Below are positions 36,638 through 46,677 of a stretch of 64,000 nucleotides of DNA, in pieces. This DNA is from an uncultured bacterium (GTDB taxonomy: Bacteria > Armatimonadota > HRBIN16). Location of the stretch: assembly GCA_964650005.1 (NCBI GenBank), contig CAZYPZ010000002.1, forward strand, positions 138,286 through 202,285, in the 5' to 3' direction. Every line of letters begins with the position of its first letter. The stretch's first letter is position 1. Both the position numbers and the translations under genes were made by a program. The notes beneath the pieces are model-generated. The model was not told the DNA's origin, ran no database searches, and worked only from the letters and a program-made list of their open reading frames with translations.

Positions 36638-38761
36638 ATGAACCCGAACTCTGTCACGTTACCGTTTTCGCATGTGCCCGTTGGCTGTTCACTGGGTAAC
36701 CGCGCCTGTTTCATACGTACGAGCCCGGCCGGCGGGATCGATCATCTGTGGCAGGCGCGTACCGGCCGATGGTTTTTCGGCGAAGCCCTGTGTTGGGTGG
36801 AATCCGAAGGTGTCGCTTTACAGCCGATGTCTGTCAGTATGTTGCCCTATGCTCAGGAGACAACGTACCGGGGCGCTCAGTGCGAAGCGTTGTTGCGTGT
36901 GTTCGTCCCCGCGGAGGAAGTCTGTGCTGTCTGCCTGACGCTGATCGTGTCAAACAGCGGCCCCACACCATGCGCTGTCATGGTACGCGCCGCAGGCAAG
37001 TTGAGCGCGCGCCCCTCCCTCATGCACCGTCGGCAGCCGCAGCCACAGGACATCGACCGCACGTTTCCCGATTGGAACATCACAACGCAGTGGCGATGCG
37101 GGTATCCGGTGCAGACACTGACCGCTCGCTCGGACAGCAACGACGCACTGCTGGTTTCGTTCACGGGAGCGTCGGTGTTGACGATGGATGATCAGTGCCG
37201 ATGGACGGCGGAGAGCCCGTTGACGGTGTCCGGATGGGAAAGCGTGCGTATCGACATGACGCTGCAGGTTGGCGACTTGGAGCCTCTGGATCCGGCGGTC
37301 GAATGGTTGAAATTGGACGCGCGGACCGAGGCGGAACCGCGCCTGATAACACCATCCCGGCTGCTGGACGACGGCTTCCGGTGGGCCGTTCGCAACAGCG
37401 CCCGAATCAGCCATCGCTTTGCGCAAGGAGTCGGATTCACGAACGACCCACCCGGTACGCTGGTGGTGTCCCGTGACGCAGGTTGGTTCGGTTTTGGCCT
37501 GGATGCTGTAGATCCCGAGCATACCCATGAGATGTGGAATACCCTGACACGGCTGAGCATCCTTCCGGATGGCAAGGTGGCTGAATACATCGACCTGAAT
37601 ACCGATCCGGTCTTTCGGGATGACTATGGGTTGAACATCGCCGACCCCACCCCGTTGTATCTGCTGGGGATGGCGCATCATGCCCGTTTCCGCGGTGACA
37701 AGCAATGGCTGCTGCAGGTATGGCCGGCGCTGCAGCGGGTGTATACGTATCTGCTGTCGCAGATGCGGGATGGACAGGTCGTTTGCACCTCGCAGTCACG
37801 GGATCCCGGGCGTGGCGTGTGCGGCTGGCGTAACGTGATGAGTGATGAGAATATCAGCGGCGTCGTAACGGAGCTGCAGGCGCTGTGCGCCGCCGCGCTG
37901 CACGCCGTCAGCGAATTGGCCGAGTGGCTGGAACGTCATGACGAAGCGCAGACACTGCGGCGGGCTGCGGAAGACGCCACGGCGGCCCTGGAGACCCTGC
38001 GCCATCCGGAAACAGGCGGGTATGTGCTGTGCCGGCGCCTGGATGGAACGCTGGATCTGCGCCGTACGGTGGATCAGGTGTTCCCGCTGGTATGGGGGCT
38101 GGCGTCGGTGGATGCCGAAGCGGCCGTCTGGACCCAGCTGACTACGCCCACATTCCTGACGGACTGGGGGGTACGCACGGCGCCGGCTGATGTTCCGGAG
38201 TATCATCCGGACGCTCAATGGGGGTTGACCGGCGGGGTGTGGCCCAATGCGGCTGCCTGGCTGGCGTTTGTCGCGATGCGGCTGGATCCCGAACGGGCTG
38301 TGGCGCTGGCTGAACAGCAGGCTGCGCCGCTCCGTCTGGATGACTACAGGGATCGCGGTGCGCTGGCGCCGGGACAGTTCCCCGAGTGGTACCACGGCGA
38401 TGTGCTGTTGAGCCGAGGGATGTCCATGAGTCCGTGGATGCCGCCTACCTTCCTGTGGCTGATGGTCGAAGGACTGCTGGGACTGCATGTCGAGCCGGAT
38501 CGACTGTCCATCACACCGCATTTGCCATCTGCCTGGGAGGCGGCGGGCGTCGGCGGACTGCAGATCCACGGTCGACGGTTCAGTGTGATTGTCACCCCTG
38601 ATGCGATCTATGCGACGCAGCCGTTGACCGCAGACCGGCCGGTGGTCGTGGGTTGTGAGCCATTATCCGGTTTACCGGACCAAACGATCGAGATCACCTG
38701 TGAGGGCGTGACTGTACGGTTGGACACATCCGGCCTGCACCTTCTGCCCCAAAGCAGATGA
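36638..38761 (+). CDS. (alpha/alpha)6 glycoside hydrolase, amylo-alpha-1,6-glucosidase/glycogen-debranching-like
   Basis: VSRDAGW, DPTPLYL, FLTDWGVRT, YHP...GGVWP, FPEWY; GGAGG RBS. Confidence 0.65.
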   Translation: MNPNSVTLPFSHVPVGCSLGNRACFIRTSPAGGIDHLWQARTGRWFFGEALCWVESEGVALQPMSVSMLPYAQETTYRGAQCEALLRVFVPAEEVCAVCLTLIVSNSGPTPCAVMVRAAGKLSARPSLMHRRQPQPQDIDRTFPDWNITTQWRCGYPVQTLTARSDSNDALLVSFTGASVLTMDDQCRWTAESPLTVSGWESVRIDMTLQVGDLEPLDPAVEWLKLDARTEAEPRLITPSRLLDDGFRWAVRNSARISHRFAQGVGFTNDPPGTLVVSRDAGWFGFGLDAVDPEHTHEMWNTLTRLSILPDGKVAEYIDLNTDPVFRDDYGLNIADPTPLYLLGMAHHARFRGDKQWLLQVWPALQRVYTYLLSQMRDGQVVCTSQSRDPGRGVCGWRNVMSDENISGVVTELQALCAAALHAVSELAEWLERHDEAQTLRRAAEDATAALETLRHPETGGYVLCRRLDGTLDLRRTVDQVFPLVWGLASVDAEAAVWTQLTTPTFLTDWGVRTAPADVPEYHPDAQWGLTGGVWPNAAAWLAFVAMRLDPERAVALAEQQAAPLRLDDYRDRGALAPGQFPEWYHGDVLLSRGMSMSPWMPPTFLWLMVEGLLGLHVEPDRLSITPHLPSAWEAAGVGGLQIHGRRFSVIVTPDAIYATQPLTADRPVVVGCEPLSGLPDQTIEITCEGVTVRLDTSGLHLLPQSR

Positions 38762-40383
38762 ACTGCCGGTGCGGTCAGGGCACGCCAACCGCTTCGCCCG
38801 GTGTGGCGGCCCATCTATGGTGCATGGATAACCGGTTGTGGCCTGTTCAGAGTACGCTGTGGTACTGGTGGCCGCAACATTGGCAAAGCGTGCTGCCGCA
38901 CCCGGTGGCCGCGCGGTATCCCGCGCGGTTGGTGTGCGGGGCGTATGCGGGGAAAGTGACCGCGGGTCAAACCTGTGTGACCGATGCGCAGGGGACCAGA
39001 CAACCCTCTCGATGGCGCAGTCCAAGCGGCGCTCTGGTCGGCCCGGGCCAGCCGGTAAGTCCGGGGGACACACTGGAGGTGGTGTTTCCGGCTGGCCCGC
39101 GTGAAGGCGCTGTCGTTGCCACACTCTACCTGCTGATCAACCCTGAGGGGCCGCCTGTGTCTCCCTTGACGGAGAATGCTCGGCCAGTGGATTGGGTCGA
39201 GTGGACCACTGCAGATACCGATCGGGGACTGCTTGACTGTTCGGGGCCGTTTCGCGTGGATCAGCCGGCGTCGCTGGCTCAGCTGCAGGCCATCCATTCG
39301 GCCCGCTGGGGGCTTTGGTATGAGTTTGCCCGATGGGAGCGTGACCCTCAGGTCTCACTGCAGGGGTTTACGGCCGCTCCGGTGAACCCGCTGTGGTTGG
39401 CCGCGCAGCCCGGCAGCCGATCCACGGGATTCAACCTGGACGATGTGCCCCGATTTCCGTTGCTGACCGCCGAAGCGATGCGCCTGTATCCCGTATCGTG
39501 GGGGCGTGCGGCCATACGGACAGGAGTGAGCAGTCTGCTGTCGTATCTTCGCCCGGACGGTTCCATGCCTTACCTGCTGGCGCCCTGGAGCGGTGCGCAT
39601 GTGGAGGAAGAGGCGCCTTTCCATACCTACCATAGCCTTCGGATGCTGGGCGAGGCGCTGTTGTGGGATTGGGATGACAGGCTCACCGGCGCGATGCTGC
39701 AGGTGTTCGACCGGTTATTCGACCACGCGATGCGGCACACCGTACGCGGGCTGTTCCACGGCCGGGCGTCGGCCTCGGGAGCGCTGCTGGATGCGCTGTG
39801 GCGCCGTCACCGGCGCGGCGATGCGCGCGCCCAATGGCGACAGGCCATGCGACCGCTGGCCGATGCGCTCTGCACGGCGGAAGCGCGCGCCCAGACGGAC
39901 GACTTTGCCGAGTATCTGCCTTGGGCCCCCATCGGACTGATCCGTGCTGCACAGGTCTTTGGTGGCGTGGCCTACACGCGGGAGGCGCAGTACTGGCTGG
40001 ACCGCTCGTGGATGGCGCTACAGCGTGACCGGAGGTTCTACCTGCCGGAGCCGAGGTTCACACCCTCCAACCCGTCCGGCGCGCCGGGCGCCAATCCGCT
40101 TTCGGTGTGGTATCACACGGATGCGATGATGCTTTACGCCGAGCTTACGGGTGATATACGCTGGGAGCGTCGGGCCGAGTGGGTTTGGAACGATTATTAT
40201 GACAGCGCTCGCTACGCGGATCATCCGGCCTGGCGCATTGTGGATACGGGTGATGCGGATACGGAGCGTTGGGGAAGCGCCAGCGCCGAAGATGCGCTGC
40301 GGATGTTGGCCAAATGGATGTGGCAGCGACGGCGTCCGGGGTTGTATCAGCGGATACGGGTTTCCCGGAGAGCGCCTTCGTAG
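38758..40383 (+). CDS. Hypothetical Trp-rich protein, possibly with an alpha/alpha-toroid C-terminal part
   Basis: 541-aa ORF coupled by ATGA overlap to the upstream glycoside hydrolase and filling the gap to guaA; no family motif recognised. Confidence 0.6.
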   Translation: MNCRCGQGTPTASPGVAAHLWCMDNRLWPVQSTLWYWWPQHWQSVLPHPVAARYPARLVCGAYAGKVTAGQTCVTDAQGTRQPSRWRSPSGALVGPGQPVSPGDTLEVVFPAGPREGAVVATLYLLINPEGPPVSPLTENARPVDWVEWTTADTDRGLLDCSGPFRVDQPASLAQLQAIHSARWGLWYEFARWERDPQVSLQGFTAAPVNPLWLAAQPGSRSTGFNLDDVPRFPLLTAEAMRLYPVSWGRAAIRTGVSSLLSYLRPDGSMPYLLAPWSGAHVEEEAPFHTYHSLRMLGEALLWDWDDRLTGAMLQVFDRLFDHAMRHTVRGLFHGRASASGALLDALWRRHRRGDARAQWRQAMRPLADALCTAEARAQTDDFAEYLPWAPIGLIRAAQVFGGVAYTREAQYWLDRSWMALQRDRRFYLPEPRFTPSNPSGAPGANPLSVWYHTDAMMLYAELTGDIRWERRAEWVWNDYYDSARYADHPAWRIVDTGDADTERWGSASAEDALRMLAKWMWQRRRPGLYQRIRVSRRAPS

Positions 40384-40395
40384 GTACCGGTTCCC

Positions 40396-40425
40396 TTGAC
40401 AGCGCGGAAATTCAGCAGGTATATT
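40396..40425 (+). promoter_or_regulatory. sigma70-type promoter of guaA-hpt
   Basis: TTGACA (40396-40401), 18 nt spacer, TATATT (40420-40425). Confidence 0.65.
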
Positions 40426-40504
40426 GGCGATGTTGCCGGCGAACCGCACCGCCCTGGCCTCCACGCGGACACTCAGCAAACTCACGAACCACAAAGGCGA
40501 TCCC

Positions 40505-42058
40505 ATGGTTTACACATCACCTGACAGAGAACTCATCCTGGTTGTCGATTTTGGCGCGCAATACACCCAGCTGATTGCACGGCGTATCCGTGAATGCTCG
40601 GTCTATTGTGAGATCATCGGTTCCGACACGCCGGTCGACGTGATCCGCGCTCGTGCTCCCAAGGGACTGGTGCTTTCGGGAGGACCGAGCAGCGTGTATG
40701 AACCCGGCGCGCCCCGGATCGATGCGGGCATCTTTGATCTGGGTGTGCCGGTGCTGGGCATCTGTTACGGCCATCAGTTGATGACCCATCTGCTGGGTGG
40801 AACCGTGGAACCGAGCAGCCGGCGTGAATACGGACGCACATCGGTAACGGTATCCGATGGTGCTCCATTGTTCAAAGGCGTGTCCGGCGAGCAGACCTGC
40901 TGGATGAGCCACGGAGATCTGGTGCTGGCGCCTCCGCCCGGATTTTCGGTGACGGCAACCACACCGTCCACTCCGGTTGCGGCCATGGCCGATACCACGC
41001 GCCGGCTGTACGGCGTACAGTTCCACCCCGAAGTCAAGCATACGCCGTTCGGGTTGGAGCTGTTGCGTCAATTTGTGATCGATGTTTGCGGATGTTCGGG
41101 TACTTGGACCATGGGTTCGTTCATCGAACAGAGTGTTGCGAGTTTACGCGAACAGATCGGGACGGCGCGCGTGTTGTGTGCGGTCAGTGGTGGCGTCGAT
41201 TCGATGACGCTTGCAGCGCTGCTGTATCAGGCTGTCGGCGCCGATCAGTTGACCTGCGTGTTTGTGGATCACGGGCTGTTGAGGCAAGGTGAATCCGAGC
41301 AGGTGCGTCAGACGTTCCGAGACCATTACAAAGTGCACTTGGTGGCGGTGGATGCCCGGCAACGCTTTTTGGAGCGGTTGCGCGGTGTAGAAGAACCCGA
41401 GCGCAAGCGCAAGATCATCGGCGAGGAGTTCGTGAGGGTCTTCGAGGAGCATGCGGATGAGCTGCGCGACTGTTCGTTTCTGGCTCAAGGCACGCTGTAC
41501 CCCGATGTGATCGAAAGCGGCGGCAGCAGTAATGCCGCCACCATCAAGACCCACCACAATGTGGGCGGGCTTCCTGAGGATATGAGGCTGAAGCTGGTGG
41601 AGCCGTTCCGGTGGCTGTTCAAGGACGAAGTCCGACGGGTGGCCGAAGGGCTGGGACTACCGGAGTCGATCGTCTGGCGGCAGCCGTTCCCGGGGCCGGG
41701 ACTGGCTGTTCGGATCGCCGGAGAGGTTACCGAGGAGCGTCTGGAGATGCTCCGTGCCGCTGACCGCATCGTGCTGGACGAAATCTGGGCGGCCGGGCTG
41801 TACCGGGATATCTGGCAATCCTTCGCGGTGCTGCCTGCGGTGCGCAGCGTGGGCGTGATGGGCGATCAACGCACATACGGACACCCGATCGTGGTGCGGG
41901 CTGTGGTCAGCGACGACGCCATGACTGCGGACTGGGCCAGGCTGCCCGATGTTGTGCTGGAACGGATATCCAACCGAATTGTGGGCGAAGTACCCGGTAT
42001 CAACCGGGTGTTGTATGACATTACCTCCAAACCGCCGGCCACCATCGAATGGGAGTGA
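40505..42058 (+). CDS. guaA: GMP synthase (glutamine-hydrolysing)
   Basis: [73 protein letters not shown]. Confidence 0.98.
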   Translation: MVYTSPDRELILVVDFGAQYTQLIARRIRECSVYCEIIGSDTPVDVIRARAPKGLVLSGGPSSVYEPGAPRIDAGIFDLGVPVLGICYGHQLMTHLLGGTVEPSSRREYGRTSVTVSDGAPLFKGVSGEQTCWMSHGDLVLAPPPGFSVTATTPSTPVAAMADTTRRLYGVQFHPEVKHTPFGLELLRQFVIDVCGCSGTWTMGSFIEQSVASLREQIGTARVLCAVSGGVDSMTLAALLYQAVGADQLTCVFVDHGLLRQGESEQVRQTFRDHYKVHLVAVDARQRFLERLRGVEEPERKRKIIGEEFVRVFEEHADELRDCSFLAQGTLYPDVIESGGSSNAATIKTHHNVGGLPEDMRLKLVEPFRWLFKDEVRRVAEGLGLPESIVWRQPFPGPGLAVRIAGEVTEERLEMLRAADRIVLDEIWAAGLYRDIWQSFAVLPAVRSVGVMGDQRTYGHPIVVRAVVSDDAMTADWARLPDVVLERISNRIVGEVPGINRVLYDITSKPPATIEWE

Positions 42059-42101
42059 GCGGAAGACCGCGTTCTTGCAGGATGTGCAGCGGGAGGATCG
42101 A

Positions 42102-42674
42102 ATGACCAGCGAGACACCATCTATCACCCCATGGATTACGCCCGAGCAGATCGCCCAACGAGTGCGTGAACTGGGTGAACAGATCTGGGCGGACAGCGAT
42201 CCCGACCGGCCGACGCTTTTGGTCGGCGTGTTGAAGGGATCGGCGTTCTTTTTGGCCGACCTGGCCCGAGCTGTACCGGGGCCGGTGGACATCGGGTTCA
42301 TCACGCTGAGCAGTTGGCAGGGCATGCGCAGCACGGGAGTGGTGCGCATCATCAGTGAGCTGGAAGACAGTACGGTGGACCGCGACGTGGTGGTCGTGGA
42401 AGATATCGTGGACACGGGCCATACGCTGCGGTTTCTGCTGGACAACACCAGCGTGTACAAGGCGCGACGACTGCGTGTGTGCGCATTTCTTGACAAGCCA
42501 TCGCAACGCGCGGTCGATGTACCGATCGACTATGTGGGGTTTACCATCCCCAACCTGTTTGTGGTGGGATATGGAATGGATTATAACGAGCAGTACCGCA
42601 GTCTGCCCTATGTGGGCCTGATGGATGAGACAGACTGTCCGCCTCCTCCGGTGGTTGGCCGGGGTCTGTCATAA
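42102..42674 (+). CDS. hpt: Hypoxanthine phosphoribosyltransferase
   Basis: VGVLKGS, VVVEDIVDTGHTL, FVVGYGMDYNEQYRSLP; GGGAGG RBS. Confidence 0.93.
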   Translation: MTSETPSITPWITPEQIAQRVRELGEQIWADSDPDRPTLLVGVLKGSAFFLADLARAVPGPVDIGFITLSSWQGMRSTGVVRIISELEDSTVDRDVVVVEDIVDTGHTLRFLLDNTSVYKARRLRVCAFLDKPSQRAVDVPIDYVGFTIPNLFVVGYGMDYNEQYRSLPYVGLMDETDCPPPPVVGRGLS

Positions 42675-42849
42675 ACGTGTATAATAGGGATGACTCGACT
42701 TGGAGTCGGCGTCCACGGCACGCTGCTGCCGGATCGCCCTTTTTCCCAACGACCTGTCAGCCCCGGGCCCTGTGCATGATATAGGGTCGGCCGGCATCGC
42801 CCATCGCGTCATCACGCGATACAATCTCCTCACCAACCAGGTGGAATGT

Positions 42850-44124
42850 ATGGAACAACTGGACCTCTCGTTCTTTGACGGACGCAGCCTCGAAGACCTG
42901 CATCAGCTCGCCCGAGCGCGGGGCGTCAATGTGGATGACAGCGCACGCCGCCATGACGTCATCAAAAAGATACTGCAGGCTCACGCGGACAGCGGGGGCA
43001 TGATACGCGCCACGGGCGTACTGGAACTGATGCCGGATGGCTTCGGGTTTATTCGGCGCGATGTGAACTTCGCCGTGGGCGGAAACGACGATGTGTATGT
43101 GTCGATGACGCAGATCAAGCGTTTCGATCTGAAGACCGGCGACAGTATTGTGGGCATGATCCGACCGCCCAAAGACAACGAGAAGTATTACGGTATGCTG
43201 CGCGTCGAATCGGTGAACGGCCGGGACCCGGAGTCGACACGGCATCGGTTTTCCTTTGACGATCTGGTGCCCGTCTATCCACAGGAGAGATTGCGCCTGG
43301 AAACGGGACCGACCAAGGATGTGTCGGCTCGCATGATCGACATTGTCGCGCCGATCGGCAAGGGGCAACGCGGATTGATCGTCGCGCCGCCCAAGGCAGG
43401 CAAGACCATGCTGCTCAAGACCATCGCCAACAGCATTGCCATCAACCATCCTGAAGTGCTTCTGATGGTGTTGCTGGTAGATGAAAGGCCGGAAGAAGTT
43501 ACCGATATTAGACGTTCGGTTAAAGGCCGCGTGGTCAGTTCCACTTTCGATGAGATGCCCGAAAACCATATGCGTGTCAGTGAAATGACGTTGGAGATGG
43601 CCAAGCGGCTGGTGGAGGCCGGAAACGATGTGGTAATCCTTCTGGACAGCCTGACGCGTATGAGCCGGGCCTCCAACCTGACCGTAAACCCCAGCGGGCG
43701 TACGCTGTCGGGTGGTTTGGACCCGTCGGCGCTGTACCGGCCGAAGCGGTTCTTCGGCGCAGCGCGGGCCATCGAGAAGGGTGGAAGCCTGACGGTGCTG
43801 GCTACCGCGTTGGTGGAGACCGGCAGCCGCATGGACGAAGTGATCTTTGAAGAGTTCAAAGGGACGGGTAATATGGAGTTGGTGCTGGACCGCGCGTTGA
43901 GCGACCGGCGGATCTTCCCGGCGATCGACGTGAACCGGTCGGGCACGCGTCATGAAGAGTTGCTGTTTACGGAATTCGAACGCAAGCAGGTATGGAAACT
44001 GCGCCGCATCTTCCAGAAGTACGAAACGATTCAGGGAATCGAGCAGCTGAAGAACATGCTGGCGCACACGTCGTCCAATGAGGAGTTCCTGCGTACGGTC
44101 GAGAAGATCGCGGACGACGCCTGA
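42850..44124 (+). CDS. rho: Transcription termination factor Rho
   Basis: GVLELMPDGFGFIR, DVYVS..QIKRF, PIGKGQRGLIVAPPKAGKT, LLVDERPEEVTD, FKGTGNMEL. Start set at ATG 42850; a TATAAT lies at 42680-42685. Confidence 0.98.
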   Translation: MEQLDLSFFDGRSLEDLHQLARARGVNVDDSARRHDVIKKILQAHADSGGMIRATGVLELMPDGFGFIRRDVNFAVGGNDDVYVSMTQIKRFDLKTGDSIVGMIRPPKDNEKYYGMLRVESVNGRDPESTRHRFSFDDLVPVYPQERLRLETGPTKDVSARMIDIVAPIGKGQRGLIVAPPKAGKTMLLKTIANSIAINHPEVLLMVLLVDERPEEVTDIRRSVKGRVVSSTFDEMPENHMRVSEMTLEMAKRLVEAGNDVVILLDSLTRMSRASNLTVNPSGRTLSGGLDPSALYRPKRFFGAARAIEKGGSLTVLATALVETGSRMDEVIFEEFKGTGNMELVLDRALSDRRIFPAIDVNRSGTRHEELLFTEFERKQVWKLRRIFQKYETIQGIEQLKNMLAHTSSNEEFLRTVEKIADDA

Positions 44125-44138
44125 ACAGGAGGAGACCC

Positions 44139-44624
44139 GTGTCGCCGGAGTGGCCCGAGGGATTCGGGCCGATTGACGATTGGCAAGAACCGGATCCGGA
44201 GCTCGATGAAGAGCATCCGGTCGAGTTGGTGGGTGTGTTCCAGCGCCAGACGTTGCTGGAAGAGATCGAGGTGGCGCATTTCGTGATCCTGGAGGACGAG
44301 AACCACCGGTCCATCGATATCTTCATCGGGCGTACGGAGGCGTTGGCGATCCACTTCGGGATGGAGGGCGAGTTGCCCGATCGGCCGTCCACGCATGATC
44401 TCATTCGAAACCTGATCGAACGCCTGGGATACACCGTGGATCGGGTGATTATCGACGATCTTTGGGGAAACACCTTCTACGCACGGTTGGTTTTGCAGGC
44501 GTCGGATGGCCGTGAGGTGGTGGTGGATGCCCGTCCCAGCGACGCATTGGCGGTGGCGGTACGCGCCAAGTGCCGCATTACCGCCACCGAGCGGGTCTTA
44601 CGCAAAGCCAACGCGGAGCCCTGA
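44139..44624 (+). CDS. Bifunctional nuclease (DUF151) family protein
   Basis: IFIGRTEALAI, RPSTHDL, DDLWGNTFYARL, DARPSDALAVA. Confidence 0.88.
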   Translation: MSPEWPEGFGPIDDWQEPDPELDEEHPVELVGVFQRQTLLEEIEVAHFVILEDENHRSIDIFIGRTEALAIHFGMEGELPDRPSTHDLIRNLIERLGYTVDRVIIDDLWGNTFYARLVLQASDGREVVVDARPSDALAVAVRAKCRITATERVLRKANAEP

Positions 44625-44646
44625 GCGATACGCCCTGTGCGAAGTG

Positions 44647-45822
44647 TTAGCGCACCCGGTGTGCGCCGCGCGAAAAGCGGCAGACAAACGCGTCTCCCTG
44701 GATCTGTGTCGCCTCGGCGTAGTCACGCAGTACGGCGGCCTGGAAGCGACCGGTCAACTCCGCCGGCACCAGGGCCAGGATTGCACCGCCCCATCCCCCG
44801 CCCGTCAGGCGGGCGCCCAGTGCGCCGTGACGGTGCGCCAGATGAACCAGCAGGTCCAGCTCGGGCAGCGAGTTTTCGAACAGATCGCGTGAACTGGCGT
44901 GTGACAGCAGCATCAGTTCACCCATGGCGCGCACATCACCGCTTTGAAGCGCGGTATAGGCGCGCTGCACCCGGTCGGTTTCATACACCACATGAACGGC
45001 GCGGCGTCTGAGGATGTCGGGCATAGCGGAAAGGCACGGAAGAAGCTCGGCAGGGTCGGCATCGCGCAGAGAGTTCATCGGTTTGTTCAGGTGCTGGCTC
45101 AGCCAGTTGCAGGCCTGGCGGCACTCGTCGACGCGTTGGGCATAGGGGGCGTTGGTCAAGGAATGCGGCGAGCGGGAGTGGATCAACACGATTCGCAGAT
45201 CCGGAACGGCGGGCAGCGGTGCGGCATGTTGCTCCTCCGAACGCACATCCAGGTACAGCACCGAGTCATCCTGTCCAAACACCGATGAGAACTGGTCCAG
45301 AATGCCGCATGGCATGCCCACAAATTGGTTTTCCGCTCGGCGCGCCAGCTTTGCGATCTCCCATGGATCCAAATCGGTGTCGCATAGCGCAAGCAAGGCG
45401 ATTGCCGTACTGACCTCCAGCGCGGCGCTGGAGCTGAGGCCGGCGCCCCGGGGGATGTCGCTGTGGATCAGCGCCCGAAAAGGCGGCACCGGGATGCCCA
45501 ACGCGTTCAGCTCATGCACTACGCCCTGCACGTAGTCGGCCCAGCGGCAATGAGGTAGCGACCGAGGCGAAGCGGGGTGGAAAACAGCCTCGCCGTCCGT
45601 CTGAAGGGAGCGCACATGCGCATGGGCGTCAGGTGACGGGCCGGCCAGCACCAGCGTGTGGCGATCGATGGCGCCGCTCATCACGCATCCCAGATTGTAG
45701 TCGGTGTGATTTCCCAGCACCTCCACGCGGCCGGGGGCGGCGGCGATGACGGCGGGGTCGGCGGCGTAGAGGTCGCGGAACGCGGCGGTGGCTGTTTGAA
45801 GCAGGGAGGATGAAACGCTCAT
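44647..45822 (-). CDS. galK: Galactokinase
   Basis: APGRVEVLGNHTDYN, GAGLSSSAA, CGILDQ, GARLTGGGWGG. Confidence 0.92.
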   Translation of the reverse strand: MSVSSSLLQTATAAFRDLYAADPAVIAAAPGRVEVLGNHTDYNLGCVMSGAIDRHTLVLAGPSPDAHAHVRSLQTDGEAVFHPASPRSLPHCRWADYVQGVVHELNALGIPVPPFRALIHSDIPRGAGLSSSAALEVSTAIALLALCDTDLDPWEIAKLARRAENQFVGMPCGILDQFSSVFGQDDSVLYLDVRSEEQHAAPLPAVPDLRIVLIHSRSPHSLTNAPYAQRVDECRQACNWLSQHLNKPMNSLRDADPAELLPCLSAMPDILRRRAVHVVYETDRVQRAYTALQSGDVRAMGELMLLSHASSRDLFENSLPELDLLVHLAHRHGALGARLTGGGWGGAILALVPAELTGRFQAAVLRDYAEATQIQGDAFVCRFSRGAHRVR

Positions 45823-45831
45823 GCAGGCTCC

Positions 45832-46677
45832 TCAATCCAATGACTCGCCGGCGATCAGCAGCAGCAGGCGGTCGAGGTCGTCGTTGTCATAGAAACTGAT
45901 GTGCAGAGTGCCTCCGCGACCCTGCGTGGTGAGTGCGACACGTGTCGCGAGGCGTTCCCGCAGGATGTCGCAGACGCGCTGAAGGTCCGGGTCCAGCGGG
46001 GGTGTTTCACGTGAAACATCCGGCGCAGCCTGCGGGTTGGCGGCCTTCGCCGCGCGCTCCAGCTCGCGAACGCTCATCTGAGGTGCCCGTCTGGCCAGCG
46101 CTTCGCGTTGGTGCTCTGGCGCCATCAGCAGCGTTCGGGCGTGTCCTTCACTTAGTTCCCCCCGTTCGACCATCTGCAGCACGCTTTCGGGCAGTTGCAG
46201 CAGCCGCAAGGCATTGGCTACCGCGGCGCGGCTGCGTCCGACCTGCCTGGCCACCTCGTCCTGGGTGAGGCCGAACCGGTCGATCAGTTGCCGATAGGCG
46301 CGCGCCTGTTCGATGGGCGAGATGTCCGAGCGTTGCAGGTTTTCGATGAGCGCCAATACCAGCCGCTGGTCCCCCGTGGCCTTCCGTACCACGGCCGGCA
46401 CCGTAGTGAGTCCGGCGATGCGAGCCGCCCGGGTGCGTCGCTCGCCGGCGATCAGCTGATACCGTCCGTCGGGCATGGGCTGCAGAACCACCGGCTGCAG
46501 CACACCGTGATGCCGGATCGACTCCGCGAGCTCCAGCAGCTCTGCCTCATCGAATCGGGTGCGGGGCTGATCCGGGTTGGAGACGATCGAATCCAACGGG
46601 ACCTGCATGAGCGTCTCGCCGGCCGGTGCGTCAGGCAGCAGCGCGTGCAGTCCTTTACCGAGTCCGCGTTTCGTCAT
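45832..46677 (-). CDS. parB: ParB/Spo0J partitioning protein
   Basis: KRGLGKGL, NPDQPRTRF, GVLQPVV, IAGERRTRAA, LIENLQRSD, GRSRAAVANALRLL. Confidence 0.96.
   Translation of the reverse strand: MTKRGLGKGLHALLPDAPAGETLMQVPLDSIVSNPDQPRTRFDEAELLELAESIRHHGVLQPVVLQPMPDGRYQLIAGERRTRAARIAGLTTVPAVVRKATGDQRLVLALIENLQRSDISPIEQARAYRQLIDRFGLTQDEVARQVGRSRAAVANALRLLQLPESVLQMVERGELSEGHARTLLMAPEHQREALARRAPQMSVRELERAAKAANPQAAPDVSRETPPLDPDLQRVCDILRERLATRVALTTQGRGGTLHISFYDNDDLDRLLLLIAGESLD
46003..46018. promoter_or_regulatory. parS: parS centromere-like site inside parB
   Basis: Perfect palindrome TGTTTCACGTGAAACA; encodes (D)VSRET in ParB. Confidence 0.9.

Noticed and set aside
40426-40504. Possible purine riboswitch before guaA
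   Set aside because: The leader is short and lacks the purine aptamer core.
42757-44067. 436-aa minus-strand ORF opposite rho (likewise 826..2079, 12956..14239, 35611..36714, 51638..52789 and many shorter ones)
   Set aside because: Antisense shadows of well-supported genes, expected from high GC and codon bias; no family motifs or RBS.
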